A stretch of 64,000 nt of DNA from a virus. Below, piece after piece: positions 52,643-62,031 of the stretch. Positions within the stretch are counted from its first letter, which is position 1, and every line of letters starts with the position of its first letter. The translations under genes were made by a program, and so were the position numbers. Below the pieces are notes generated by a model. It had not been told where the DNA came from and did not search any database. It saw nothing but the letters and a program-made list of their open reading frames with translations. The stretch is from the IMG/VR virus record IMGVR_UViG_3300045988_112808, one strand, 5' to 3'.

Positions 52643-53050
52643 TTAATTGTTTAACTTACCTTTATCATATGACATTCTCTTTTCGTATTTTTCAATACGT
52701 TCGGTTATCATATCGCAGAAGACTTGCCCCTCTTTTTCGGAACCTCTGAAGTAACCAACCATCTTCAGGATATTTCCGTCAAATTCATGGACAAACTTGT
52801 TATAATAATGTTCACCCATTACCCGTCCGTATTTTTCTACGAACAAATCCTTGTCCAGTGATTCATCCTTAAAGCAACGGTTGTAATCCCATCTTACGAT
52901 ACGAAACAATGTTTCAAAATTCAATCTTTCCATATCTTGTATTTTATGGATTTCCTCACATTCTTCATCCGTTAATCCAGTGTAATCATCATTGATTAAC
53001 GGACAAGCCCAACAAGATGGCAACCTGTATCTTATTACTTTTATGCTCAT
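52643..53050 (-). CDS. hypothetical protein (135 aa)
   Basis: ORF-track ORF; its stop overlaps the next start (ATGA). Confidence 0.65.
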   Translation of the reverse strand: MSIKVIRYRLPSCWACPLINDDYTGLTDEECEEIHKIQDMERLNFETLFRIVRWDYNRCFKDESLDKDLFVEKYGRVMGEHYYNKFVHEFDGNILKMVGYFRGSEKEGQVFCDMITERIEKYEKRMSYDKGKLNN

Positions 53051-53439
53051 AGTTTTATTAATCTACAGTTACTATCTTCAAATACCGGAACCTTCCCTTG
53101 TTCTCTAAAATAAGCAGTGGCCACCTTGAAAGCATAAAGCGGATTTACTTTCTGGATTTCTTGTTGTGATTTATAGAAAGATACTGGCTGGCATACATAG
53201 AAATTTTCATTGCCAAGGCAACCGAAAAGCCAATCCATATCGGATCCACCGCAATTAGTACCTCCAAGTACGATTATATCGCACCCGGTCTTTCTTGTTC
53301 CCAAAATAAATGTCTTGTTCTTATTCTCTGGCTGCATAAATATCTCCCTGTCGATTATAAACCAGTCACTCTGGCAGCTCTCTACATCCCGGCGAACGAT
53401 TTCGTCAATTTCATGGGCATATTCTTCTTGTGTTTTCAT
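53047..53439 (-). CDS. hypothetical protein (130 aa from the ATG at 53439)
   Basis: The first 19 codons of the ORF-track model look non-native; MKTQEEYAHEIDEIV starts at 53439. Confidence 0.6.
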   Translation of the reverse strand: MKTQEEYAHEIDEIVRRDVESCQSDWFIIDREIFMQPENKNKTFILGTRKTGCDIIVLGGTNCGGSDMDWLFGCLGNENFYVCQPVSFYKSQQEIQKVNPLYAFKVATAYFREQGKVPVFEDSNCRLIKL

Positions 53440-53548
53440 AAGATATGTTATTAAAAAATGATAACTGAATGTATTTCTTAAAAGAAACTCCAACAAAATG
53501 TTACGATAAATTCTCCCATCCCGTATTCAGCAAGTTGCTTAAATGATT

Positions 53549-53890
53549 CTATCCCATTACAATAATAAAAACATCATCATTATCATCATCGTTGATACTC
53601 AGCGATAGTTTGATTGTCGCTCTTTTATCGTCTCCTGTCTCCTTCCATACAATCTGACATTCTACGTATTCAGGCTCCTTACCTGTTCTTTCTACAAATT
53701 CATGAAATCTTAAATCAATTTCATGTTTGACTTCTTCAACGTTAGATATTATTACCTCATTTTCACAATCCCCGCAAATAGCATGCGCGAAAGATCCATC
53801 AAAATAATCTATTATTTCTCTGGTATTCGGATTTACTATGGCTTCACAAGCAACCTTTGTTCCACCACATCTTGTACATATATATCCCAT
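53549..53890 (-). CDS. zinc-ribbon protein (113 aa)
   Basis: CTRCGG...C and CGDCENE Cys pairs. Confidence 0.6.
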   Translation of the reverse strand: MGYICTRCGGTKVACEAIVNPNTREIIDYFDGSFAHAICGDCENEVIISNVEEVKHEIDLRFHEFVERTGKEPEYVECQIVWKETGDDKRATIKLSLSINDDDNDDVFIIVMG

Positions 53891-53892
53891 AA

Positions 53893-54088
53893 TTATCTTC
53901 TTTTAAAATGTTCAATAATTTCATCTACTGTAACCTTACGCCATGTGATGCAGCCCGCGTCTCCCCTGAACCGGAGCTCTTCGCACTTTACCCCACCTGT
54001 CTCCTGTGGCGTCCGTCACTATCAGCCGTTGACCTGAATCAGTATTATTTGTAATTCTTTGGTGTTCTTTCTGATAATACACCCTCAT
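53893..54088 (-). pseudogene. small gene with an apparent 1-nt frame break at a G4 run inside a GC-rich island
   Basis: ATG 54088 gives MRVYYQKEHQRITNNTDSGQRLIVTDATGDRWG... The +1 frame gives VKCEELRFRGDAGCITWRKVTVDEIIEHFKRR, ending at 53895-53893 just before the next start. The junction is at plus-strand C4 53991-53994. Confidence 0.45.
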
Positions 54089-54103
54089 GATCTCCCCATC
54101 TCC

Positions 54104-54904
54104 TTATTCTTTCAAGTTATGTTTTTTCATTATTTCTTCTATCAATTCGTCTGTTTCCATATAATAATCCCAACAGGAATCAACCTCTTCCCATTCTTCT
54201 CCCTCTTCATCCTCCCTGGATTCATCTTTGTATTTCTTGACAAATTTCACTTTCTTTTCAAGCACATACCCCTTTACATCTCCCCACATCCACATACCTA
54301 TGAATTTCACTTCATCATCAATCAATTTGTCAATTTGGGTTTTCCAATCGGAAGTATTATTACTAACCATTTTTGTGTACCTCTCCTTTGTACAGAAAGC
54401 TATACCTTTAACATAATCCCATTGACTGTATCCTGTTGTGGACCATTCTTTGACAAATATATCTTTGCCTAAGTCTGAAAGAATCTGAATCAATTCTTTA
54501 CATCCTAAGTCTTCTATAAATTCATACGTATAATCATACGTGTAAAGATCTGATGGAGAAATGCTAAAAATTTCTTTATAATACCACATTTTATCATGGT
54601 TATCATATCTCAGTTGATAACCGTCAATCTTGCCTTTCTTAAAATAATTCAGCAAGTCTTTCCATTTAACATATTTACTAATAAGTTTATGTAGTGCATC
54701 TATAAGCGAGTGTCGACTATCTCCGTATTTACCAAATACTTCTCTCCAATCGCACACATCTTGCAGTTGGTATGAATCGCTATATTCCCATAAGAAATAT
54801 GCTGCCATATCCCAACTTTCACAAGGACATATACTGTCAGTATCATAGTATATTTTTATACGATAATTCCCTACTTCTTTTGTTGTAATAAGTCTGTCTT
54901 CCAT
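54104..54904 (-). CDS. hypothetical protein (266 aa)
   Basis: ORF-track ORF; the N-terminal IKIYYDTDSICPCESWD resembles a recurrent phage/plasmid motif of unknown function. Confidence 0.7.
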   Translation of the reverse strand: MEDRLITTKEVGNYRIKIYYDTDSICPCESWDMAAYFLWEYSDSYQLQDVCDWREVFGKYGDSRHSLIDALHKLISKYVKWKDLLNYFKKGKIDGYQLRYDNHDKMWYYKEIFSISPSDLYTYDYTYEFIEDLGCKELIQILSDLGKDIFVKEWSTTGYSQWDYVKGIAFCTKERYTKMVSNNTSDWKTQIDKLIDDEVKFIGMWMWGDVKGYVLEKKVKFVKKYKDESREDEEGEEWEEVDSCWDYYMETDELIEEIMKKHNLKE

Positions 54905-54917
54905 GTTTTTTTATATT

Positions 54918-55370
54918 TTAAATAGTTTTTAACTTCTCATCAATAAATGCATCTATTACATCATAGTATGAACCATTAAAATCATAATTTTCATATTTTT
55001 CCGTAAACTCTTTAGCCCACTCTCGAATGATGTTAAATGCCTGTTCCCTGCTATATTCTTTTGGTCCTGTTAGATACTCCACAGCTTCCACCGATAACTC
55101 TTGCAGATTTCGTAAGTAATTTAAACCAATGCTATATGGTAGCTTACCTACTTCTATACATACATGATGATCTTGTTTAAAGGCGTCCTGCAAGTCTTCA
55201 GGACTCTCTATCAATGACTCAGACTCATCATCTACCCTCACCTTGTATAACTCAAAATCTTCATTTTCTGCCGACACCCATATCTTGTAGGCTTTTTCGT
55301 TGGACAATCTTTTCCAAACAAATCCGTCGCTGAATACAATCAGGCTACCTGTTACTATCGTTCCTTTCAT
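54918..55370 (-). CDS. hypothetical protein (150 aa)
   Basis: ORF-track ORF; ATGA overlap upstream. Confidence 0.65.
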   Translation of the reverse strand: MKGTIVTGSLIVFSDGFVWKRLSNEKAYKIWVSAENEDFELYKVRVDDESESLIESPEDLQDAFKQDHHVCIEVGKLPYSIGLNYLRNLQELSVEAVEYLTGPKEYSREQAFNIIREWAKEFTEKYENYDFNGSYYDVIDAFIDEKLKTI

Positions 55371-55651
55371 TTTTCTTCCTCCTCATTATCCCATCCTAAA
55401 CAAGAATCTAAATGTGAAATAAAAATTGTAGCTCCCTTATTTTCTTCCACAGTAGGATACTCTACCTCATAATAGTCAAATTCAGAGCTCTCTAATCCGA
55501 CCCTATCTTCATCCCATCCATTTTTGGTTCCATCCTCTGCCATTTCTTTAAGCTTTTCCAAAGCCTCTTCTGGTGTTTCTGCTTCAATGGATAATCTATC
55601 TTTCATCCATCCATAAACTCTTCTTTCTACTTCAAATATAAATTCTTTCAT
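55367..55651 (-). CDS. hypothetical acidic protein (94 aa)
   Basis: ORF-track ORF. Confidence 0.6.
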   Translation of the reverse strand: MKEFIFEVERRVYGWMKDRLSIEAETPEEALEKLKEMAEDGTKNGWDEDRVGLESSEFDYYEVEYPTVEENKGATIFISHLDSCLGWDNEEEEK

Positions 55652-55691
55652 TTCGCTATTTTTTTTTGTTTATTATATTTCACATCTTGTA

Positions 55692-56012
55692 TCAAATAAC
55701 CTCCTTGGAAGCATTATTTAATGGTGATTCCTTCAATCTCTTTAGATTAAATCCTATCATATTCCCACACTGTGGACACTTAAAACCATAAGGTTCACTA
55801 ACCATCCTGTCACTTCTGTTGCACATCATACAGTATGGTCGCCATCCGTCATACCATGTCCCTCCCTTGGCTTCCTTCAATCTTCTCAACTTTTCTTTTT
55901 CTGGAAGATCTATATTCTGTTTTAGTGTTTCCATTAATCTGTTGTTTACCGTGATAATATCAATATCTGAGACATCAAAACATAATACGGCTATTTTGAT
56001 TTTCGCTTCCAT
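55692..56012 (-). CDS. zinc-ribbon protein (106 aa)
   Basis: CMMC...CPQCG motif. Confidence 0.6.
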   Translation of the reverse strand: MEAKIKIAVLCFDVSDIDIITVNNRLMETLKQNIDLPEKEKLRRLKEAKGGTWYDGWRPYCMMCNRSDRMVSEPYGFKCPQCGNMIGFNLKRLKESPLNNASKEVI

Positions 56013-56018
56013 GATTGT

Positions 56019-56198
56019 TTATTGTTCTACATCAATAATCCCATACTCTGCTACTTCCAACACATCCTGCACTATTTCCGGATAGTCAGTCGTATCTAAC
56101 GAAGCATCTTGAACGTATGCTTCCGCTAATTTCTTGGCTTCTTCAAACGATTCGGCTTGTATATATAAATCAAGCGTCAATGAAAACGGATATAACAT
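56019..56198 (-). CDS. small acidic protein (59 aa, just below the ORF-track cutoff)
   Basis: ATG 56198 to TAA 56021-56019: MLYPFSLTLDLYIQAESFEEAKKLAEAYVQD... Fills a 188-nt gap. Confidence 0.55.
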   Translation of the reverse strand: MLYPFSLTLDLYIQAESFEEAKKLAEAYVQDASLDTTDYPEIVQDVLEVAEYGIIDVEQ

Positions 56199-56200
56199 AG

Positions 56201-56515
56201 CTAATCTGTTATTCTGTAATAATAATCAAGTTCTTCTCCCTTAAAGTTGTTCATGGCATACTCGTCAGCTTCCCGCCACAACCGGTCATACAATGCAGCC
56301 AGTTCACGATTGCTTTTATAATGTTGCCAGATTTTATGATTCAATACCAGCGTCAATTCTGTAAAGAACTTATAATCGTCTTTCCATTCGCTGAACGCAC
56401 GTTTGTAGGTATCTTTGACACCTGCTATACCATACTTGTCGGCTATGCTGAAATCTTCCCAAAAGGTAGTTATCAGGTCATAGCCATTCTCCTGCATAAA
56501 TTCTCGAAATGTCAT
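56201..56515 (-). CDS. hypothetical protein (104 aa)
   Basis: ORF-track ORF; TTFWEDFSIADKYG...LVLNHKIW pattern recalled from mobile-element genes of unknown function. Confidence 0.65.
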   Translation of the reverse strand: MTFREFMQENGYDLITTFWEDFSIADKYGIAGVKDTYKRAFSEWKDDYKFFTELTLVLNHKIWQHYKSNRELAALYDRLWREADEYAMNNFKGEELDYYYRITD

Positions 56516-56522
56516 ATCCTAA

Positions 56523-57218
56523 CTATTTAAAGGCAATTCCATAATTACTCCAAAACTTTACTTGTTGAGACAAATTCCACGGCATAGTGTTGTATGCTTG
56601 AAAATATTCCCACTCGATTTTATCCTCAAAGCCGGGACAATGATGTTTGACGTAAGCATAAAACTCATCATGCTTCTGTTTTGCAAAATCATCCCCTTCT
56701 TCATCCAGCATGACAATTTTTGGTTTGTTTGCCTCCCGACATTGTTTTGCGGTTTGATAGAATCGCCGAAAGTGTTCGGCATAATACTCGTTTCCGCTAT
56801 AATCAACGAAGGTAACTTTACCTCCATAAATTTTGCAAACCCTTAAAGGTTCCCGTGTTGCTCTCTTTACCGGTCTTGAACCATCCCATAGCCAACCACA
56901 GAACTGTATGCCATCCCAGACAAGATACGGTAAGTATTTTAAAGAAAAAGACTCTATATTCAACACCTCATATTGTACAGGATTAGTTTCTTGTGCTGCA
57001 TCTTCAGCGGTTTTGTATATGGGCATACTTACCTTAAATTTTTCCTCTCCCAATTTGCTGCCAAACCAAAAGATATGTTCGGTATCCACGTTGTTTCCAC
57101 AAATACCGGTATCTTTTATTCTCATGCCGCGATATTCTGCTTCACGAATCACTCCGTTTCTGTGCATAAATACCCTTGTTCCAAAGGGGAACGGGTAAAC
57201 TGATACTTTTCTTTCCAT
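56523..57218 (-). CDS. hypothetical protein (231 aa)
   Basis: ORF-track ORF; the overlapping shorter ORFs on both strands are judged spurious. Confidence 0.7.
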   Translation of the reverse strand: MERKVSVYPFPFGTRVFMHRNGVIREAEYRGMRIKDTGICGNNVDTEHIFWFGSKLGEEKFKVSMPIYKTAEDAAQETNPVQYEVLNIESFSLKYLPYLVWDGIQFCGWLWDGSRPVKRATREPLRVCKIYGGKVTFVDYSGNEYYAEHFRRFYQTAKQCREANKPKIVMLDEEGDDFAKQKHDEFYAYVKHHCPGFEDKIEWEYFQAYNTMPWNLSQQVKFWSNYGIAFK

Positions 57219-57268
57219 ATTGTTTTATTTATAAATTAAAATTCAGCAATATAACTATATACATAATT

Positions 57269-58024
57269 TTATTTTCCCCAGCACCAAAAATTTACAGCGT
57301 ATTTCCCGGTAGTTATAAATATCTTACCTCCTCCTATCTCCGCAAGTATGTTCTTTCCAAATATCCTTGTAAGAAGCGGTATATACTTTGCATCTATAGG
57401 TAAATCCTGGATTTCTTTTATAGGTCTATATGGCACAAACGCTTTGTTCTCATATACCATCTCAATATACAATCCATCCGGTGATTCAAACACGTCTTTC
57501 CCTTTCTGTCTCATCCCAGATCGTATTATCCGTTCTTTCCAAGATTGAATATATGATTTTCTAAGGGTCTCATTTATCTTATTAATGACCTCTTCCTTAA
57601 ATTCGTAATACTCATATATACGACCTTTGTAGTCAGCTATCATTTCTTCAATCTTACTTTCGGATGCCCATAATCCATAATACACATAGCAATCCAATAA
57701 TCTATCTACTGAAGAAACACCAATCAGTACCATTTTAGAAAGTGGATTTCCCTCTTTTTCCAATTCTTCTCTTGCTCTGTCTGTCACCGCATCCCACCAT
57801 TGCCCTTCACACTTCTCTATCTCCCCGTTGTCAAGTACGATATCGAACTTTCTACCTCCGAAAGCTTCTCTTCTCTCATTTCTCTTTGCAAGGAAATCAT
57901 AGAATACACCTCCTATCCTTCCAATAATGGTATCATCTCCGTACTTTGTGCTAATTTTATCAGGCATTTCGTCGAAGACAAGAAACTTCGATTTTCCTGA
58001 TTCTACTAAGTATAATAGCTTCAT
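57269..58024 (-). CDS. hypothetical protein (251 aa)
   Basis: ORF-track ORF. Confidence 0.7.
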   Translation of the reverse strand: MKLLYLVESGKSKFLVFDEMPDKISTKYGDDTIIGRIGGVFYDFLAKRNERREAFGGRKFDIVLDNGEIEKCEGQWWDAVTDRAREELEKEGNPLSKMVLIGVSSVDRLLDCYVYYGLWASESKIEEMIADYKGRIYEYYEFKEEVINKINETLRKSYIQSWKERIIRSGMRQKGKDVFESPDGLYIEMVYENKAFVPYRPIKEIQDLPIDAKYIPLLTRIFGKNILAEIGGGKIFITTGKYAVNFWCWGK

Positions 58025-58035
58025 GATTTATCTCT

Positions 58036-58515
58036 TTAGATGTAAGTTATGCTGCCAACATTAATCTGCATTATATCGTTTTCCAGCGTAATGAAATTAT
58101 TTTGTTTTATGGGTCCAAACATCAATCCATATACACTTACTGTATTAAACAGCCTAACAGTGTGAAAATCTTCATTTAGCTCTACCCTGTTTTTATCCCA
58201 ATATCCCAAATCGTTGATAGTTGCCGGGAATCCTCCTACGTCGTTATGCCTGTAGTAATCGTTTTTATTGAAAACGATTCCCTTTATTAACAGGTTACCG
58301 ATGCTTTTCATGTTGAATCCGGACAACGCGATCTGCTCTGAGATATAACTAATCAAACAGTTATGATACGTGTTTGGCCTATCTCCTCTCTCGTTAATAA
58401 TTTTCTTCCATTTCTTCGTTAATGGAACCCTAATATCCATATATGTACCAAATACGACTATGTTAGGACATTCTCCTTCAAACTTCGTTAAATCTTCTAC
58501 TTTCATAATTAACAA
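58036..58515 (-). CDS. hypothetical protein (159 aa)
   Basis: ORF-track ORF. Confidence 0.65.
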   Translation of the reverse strand: MLIMKVEDLTKFEGECPNIVVFGTYMDIRVPLTKKWKKIINERGDRPNTYHNCLISYISEQIALSGFNMKSIGNLLIKGIVFNKNDYYRHNDVGGFPATINDLGYWDKNRVELNEDFHTVRLFNTVSVYGLMFGPIKQNNFITLENDIMQINVGSITYI

Positions 58516-58608
58516 ACATTTGTATTGTTTTCGTTGTTCACTATCTGATTAATGTATGATCCTGGCCACGAACAGCCAGGCTGACCTCATAGCAGGACGG
58601 GCGCTGCC

Positions 58609-58797
58609 CTACTCTAGCTGTTCTACCCACTCTCTGTACCCTACGTTAAAACCAATAGGATCATACCTTTTGATCATAGTACCATAATTCTCTCTACCGC
58701 AATACCTGTTTTTTCCTCCAATAATCCATCTCTCATCGTCTCTATCTGGAGATATGGAGTTAAGATACTTTTCATAATCCTTTCTACTCTTTCCCAT
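58609..58797 (-). CDS. hypothetical protein (62 aa)
   Basis: ORF-track ORF ending in TAG, immediately followed by a GC-rich twin hairpin. Confidence 0.6.
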   Translation of the reverse strand: MGKSRKDYEKYLNSISPDRDDERWIIGGKNRYCGRENYGTMIKRYDPIGFNVGYREWVEQLE

Positions 58798-59143
58798 CTT
58801 TGTCTTGATTTAAACAATAGTTAATAAAATAAGCAACCTGTTCATTTTCCCCTGTATTATCAAAATCACCTAAAGTCATATCATCATAATCCAGCAGAAC
58901 CATACGAAAACCGTTTTTTTTGACATACACCTCCGTTAAAAACATAGGAATCCCAGCAATTTCTATTATCACCGGAAACTGATCATCAAAGTCAAACGCA
59001 TTATTATCTTCTCCCCATTTTTTAAATTTTAGCTTTATACTTCCACCGTTCTCCACTAATGCCTCTTTGATGTACTTTAATCTTTTTGCATTCAGATCAA
59101 TCTCTGCTTTTTCTATTTCTTTGTACAATTCATTCAGATCCAT
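58784..59143 (-). CDS. hypothetical protein (119 aa)
   Basis: ORF-track ORF; overlapping neighbours. Confidence 0.65.
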   Translation of the reverse strand: MDLNELYKEIEKAEIDLNAKRLKYIKEALVENGGSIKLKFKKWGEDNNAFDFDDQFPVIIEIAGIPMFLTEVYVKKNGFRMVLLDYDDMTLGDFDNTGENEQVAYFINYCLNQDKDGKE

Positions 59144-59645
59144 ATTCCACTATATTTATGTTGTCAAATTTTTCTTTTATAACATCCAAGGCTCCACACT
59201 CGTTTGTTATCATAGCATGCATCCCTGGCTTCATTCTCCACAGATTAAAATACCTTGTCACATTCATAGTGGCATTAAATAATGATATTTCATATCTTGT
59301 GTTTCCATTTTTATCACGCCCTATGTTTTTAATATAACATATGTCTGGCTTGTATTTGAAATAATTAAAAAGCCTATACCATCCCTTCCCGTTACATGTT
59401 TCACGATTCCATATTCCAGCAAGCTTCCTATATCCCCTTACTGGTATTTTCTTTATTTCTTTTGGTACGATCTTGACATACTTTCCTTCTCCGATTGGTA
59501 TGGTCATATTACCTGCCTCTTCAGTACAAAAGTATTCTATTTCAGATGCCATTCCTTTATACACATAGAACCGGTATAAGTTCCCGTCAGGGTCTACCCG
59601 ATCCATGTAATATAATATCACTTTGTCTACTTTTATCTTTTTCAT
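59130..59645 (-). CDS. hypothetical protein (171 aa)
   Basis: ORF-track ORF; ATGA overlap upstream. Confidence 0.65.
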   Translation of the reverse strand: MKKIKVDKVILYYMDRVDPDGNLYRFYVYKGMASEIEYFCTEEAGNMTIPIGEGKYVKIVPKEIKKIPVRGYRKLAGIWNRETCNGKGWYRLFNYFKYKPDICYIKNIGRDKNGNTRYEISLFNATMNVTRYFNLWRMKPGMHAMITNECGALDVIKEKFDNINIVEYGSE

Positions 59646-59893
59646 TCCTTTATTCTACTTATCTTTAAATTGTTATTCCCACAGTATTCCTTCAGCCAAC
59701 TATCCGTTAGATAACGATTAACTCTATCGTATTTCTTTTTCGGACCCTTGCTCCAGAATTTCCATTCGTTTGTGATATTGTACCCATATTTATCAAACCA
59801 ATAGATATAATACACTACGTTACCATATAAATCCACTCTTTTTCTTTCCTGTATGACTACCTCGTAAGGTATCTTCTTGTCTCTTTTCTCCAT
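59642..59893 (-). CDS. hypothetical protein (83 aa)
   Basis: AGGAGG 6 nt upstream of the ATG; first gene after terminator 59915-59949. Confidence 0.6.
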   Translation of the reverse strand: MEKRDKKIPYEVVIQERKRVDLYGNVVYYIYWFDKYGYNITNEWKFWSKGPKKKYDRVNRYLTDSWLKEYCGNNNLKISRIKE

Positions 59894-59914
59894 CTTTGTC
59901 CTCCTTTATTGAAT

Positions 59915-59949
59915 AAAAAAACGGCACCTATCTTCGCAGACCAGTGCCG
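59915..59949 (-). terminator. rho-independent terminator (minus strand)
   Basis: CGGCAC (59949-59944 on the minus strand) / GTGCCG stem with a 16-nt loop, followed by T7 on the minus strand (plus-strand A7 59915-59921). Lies 22 nt after stop 59971. Confidence 0.65.
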
Positions 59950-59970
59950 GCAACTAACTTACATGGAAAA

Positions 59971-60381
59971 CTACTTAACCTCAACTAATTCTACAGAGCC
60001 GTAGAATTTAGTGAAGCTACCAACAAATTCTCTTATATTTTTATATTCTTCTGGTCGTTTTCTGTTACCATCTTTTATATAATTCACCCACAGTCTATCC
60101 TCTATGTTCTTAATCGCATTCTCTATCGTAAATTCGTCGCTGACGCTCATTAAACACGAAGACCCGGTTTTCTTATGTGGTTTATATATCCTTGAAAAAG
60201 ACCACATTTTTATTCTATCATATATATATCCGTTGTTGGGATAAACGAATCCTATCCGGCTGTCACCTTCTTTAGCGTAAAACACACCTGGCTCCTTCCC
60301 GCCCTTTCTATATACTACAAATCCTTTTTCTTTTAGGATATTAACCACTTTATCTAATTTATTTTCTACGTTCATTTTCAT
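59971..60381 (-). CDS. hypothetical protein (136 aa)
   Basis: ORF-track ORF. Confidence 0.65.
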   Translation of the reverse strand: MKMNVENKLDKVVNILKEKGFVVYRKGGKEPGVFYAKEGDSRIGFVYPNNGYIYDRIKMWSFSRIYKPHKKTGSSCLMSVSDEFTIENAIKNIEDRLWVNYIKDGNRKRPEEYKNIREFVGSFTKFYGSVELVEVK

Positions 60382-60832
60382 GCAAAAATTTAAAAACGAC
60401 TCTCATTATAGTTGCGAAGTTCTCTACCTTAATCCACTCATGAGCTACTGCTCTAAGTACAGACGTTTCATATGTTGGAATATTGTCTTCTTCAAGCACC
60501 TTACAAGAAGCCAGAACTCCTTCGGTCGGCTTTAGTCCACGGTCATGCAGCTCGCAGAGACCGTCTGGCCGGCGGAATGCGCACCACCCGTCTTTCTCTG
60601 TCGGCTGGATCATCGCTATTGGTTTTTCCTTCACTGCAAGATACCCTACCATCCACATTGTTTCTTTTAACCTATCAGCGTATCCGGCATCTATGATAGC
60701 CTCTATGTCTTTTGGCGTACCAATACAAGGAACCTTACACATGTTCTTGCATTTATCACATGTACAAGGTTGCTCCCATCTATTATGATCTATGCCTACC
60801 AACTTCTTTATCCGTTCTACTTCCTCTTTCAT
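60359..60832 (-). CDS. Cys-cluster protein, YkgJ-like (zinc/iron-chelating domain) candidate
   Basis: CTCDKCKNMCKVPC and GWCAFRRPDGLCELHDRGLKP resemble the CxxCxxCC ... C.F....g.C.i...RP pattern. Weak assignment. Confidence 0.4.
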   Translation of the reverse strand: MKEEVERIKKLVGIDHNRWEQPCTCDKCKNMCKVPCIGTPKDIEAIIDAGYADRLKETMWMVGYLAVKEKPIAMIQPTEKDGWCAFRRPDGLCELHDRGLKPTEGVLASCKVLEEDNIPTYETSVLRAVAHEWIKVENFATIMRVVFKFLHENERRK

Positions 60833-60833
60833 G

Positions 60834-61115
60834 TCACACTTCTTTCGTTAGTTTATCATAATATGCTTTCAATTCCGGTGAAGCATATTCCATAAATGCC
60901 TCAAATAAACATAGTACTTCTACTATCGCGTATATAGCGCACCCTTTCATCGTTGAAAGCTGTTCAAGATCATTACTGTACAGGCACGTAACATAAGCAC
61001 CTACATTAAATACATGTAAATCTATCCTTACGTATTCCATACATAAAGATAATGACTTAAACAAATCCTTTACATCATTCTTATCAAAGAGTTCTACAAA
61101 TTCTCTCAATTTCAT
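60834..61115 (-). CDS. hypothetical protein (93 aa)
   Basis: ORF-track ORF. Confidence 0.6.
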   Translation of the reverse strand: MKLREFVELFDKNDVKDLFKSLSLCMEYVRIDLHVFNVGAYVTCLYSNDLEQLSTMKGCAIYAIVEVLCLFEAFMEYASPELKAYYDKLTKEV

Positions 61116-61495
61116 CTTACTACCCTTTCCACGTGTTTAATTAATACTACTGCCATCCCTTTGCCGGTTTTTATCGCACATTCCGATCCTTTTATCCATT
61201 CTACACATCCTACATACTTTTCTGTAGAATGAAAACCTGGATTGTATTTCCCGGATGTACTAAACTCTACCGTATCCCCTACCTTCAGATCCTCAAAAGC
61301 AATAGCCCATGTGGTCCAAATTCTATCATGTCTTCCAGGCTGAATGGCTCCGATTACGCCTTTCTTACGACCGTTTTTTATTGCCTTTAGTATTATCTTT
61401 CTATCACCTTCAATAAGGCTGCAAAAACACCCATAAAAGGTCAAATCAACCTGTTTTCCTCCTATTTCTTCTCTTATTTTTGTTATTCTGTTCAT
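61112..61495 (-). CDS. hypothetical protein (127 aa)
   Basis: ORF-track ORF; ATGA overlap downstream. Confidence 0.65.
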   Translation of the reverse strand: MNRITKIREEIGGKQVDLTFYGCFCSLIEGDRKIILKAIKNGRKKGVIGAIQPGRHDRIWTTWAIAFEDLKVGDTVEFSTSGKYNPGFHSTEKYVGCVEWIKGSECAIKTGKGMAVVLIKHVERVVR

Positions 61496-61739
61496 TTTCT
61501 GATTTTGTTTTATTTTTTTCTTTGTTTTTTCTATCTTCTATAGAAGATGATAATAACATTATCTTTTCTATGTTACTTTTTGACTGTAAAAAAGAATCGC
61601 ATTTCATTACTACTACGATCTTCTTAAGTTCCCCATTATCATACAGCGATACACGCATCATGTTTTGCGCCTCGTCCACTATCAGACCTGGAGTAGTCTT
61701 AGCCATTTTGCGTAGCTTATTATACTCCGGTCTTTCCAT
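61446..61739 (-). CDS. hypothetical protein with a Lys/Asn-rich tail (97 aa)
   Basis: ORF-track ORF; its last about 17 codons overlap the next gene. Confidence 0.55.
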   Translation of the reverse strand: MERPEYNKLRKMAKTTPGLIVDEAQNMMRVSLYDNGELKKIVVVMKCDSFLQSKSNIEKIMLLSSSIEDRKNKEKNKTKSENEQNNKNKRRNRRKTG

Positions 61740-62004
61740 TTCCTCTGTTTATTACTCTATAGTATTTATCTTTATCTCCCTCTTCCAACTTCTCCAAATA
61801 GAAAATTCCATCATGCAAATGAGACAAACAAAACCTGTATCCGTATTTCTGCGTTCTTCTTACATGATCCCGCAATCTTATCTCTTCACTTTTGTCTTGT
61901 ACTTTGATTTTAATACTGTCTCCTTCTTTGATTGTGTATAAAATAGTTTGAATCTCTTCTTTTTTCATCTTATAAAATATTTTAACGGCAGCACCTATAC
62001 TCAC
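61720..62004 (-). CDS. hypothetical protein (94 aa)
   Basis: ORF-track ORF. Confidence 0.6.
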   Translation of the reverse strand: MSIGAAVKIFYKMKKEEIQTILYTIKEGDSIKIKVQDKSEEIRLRDHVRRTQKYGYRFCLSHLHDGIFYLEKLEEGDKDKYYRVINRGNGKTGV

Positions 62005-62031
62005 GCACCACTACTGCCTTATGTTTAACAA

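Noticed and set aside
61480-61941. 153-aa plus-strand ORF antisense to ORFs 61446-62004
   Set aside because: It is the same kind of Phe/Ser/Leu-rich antisense artefact and is isolated on the plus strand within an all-minus block.
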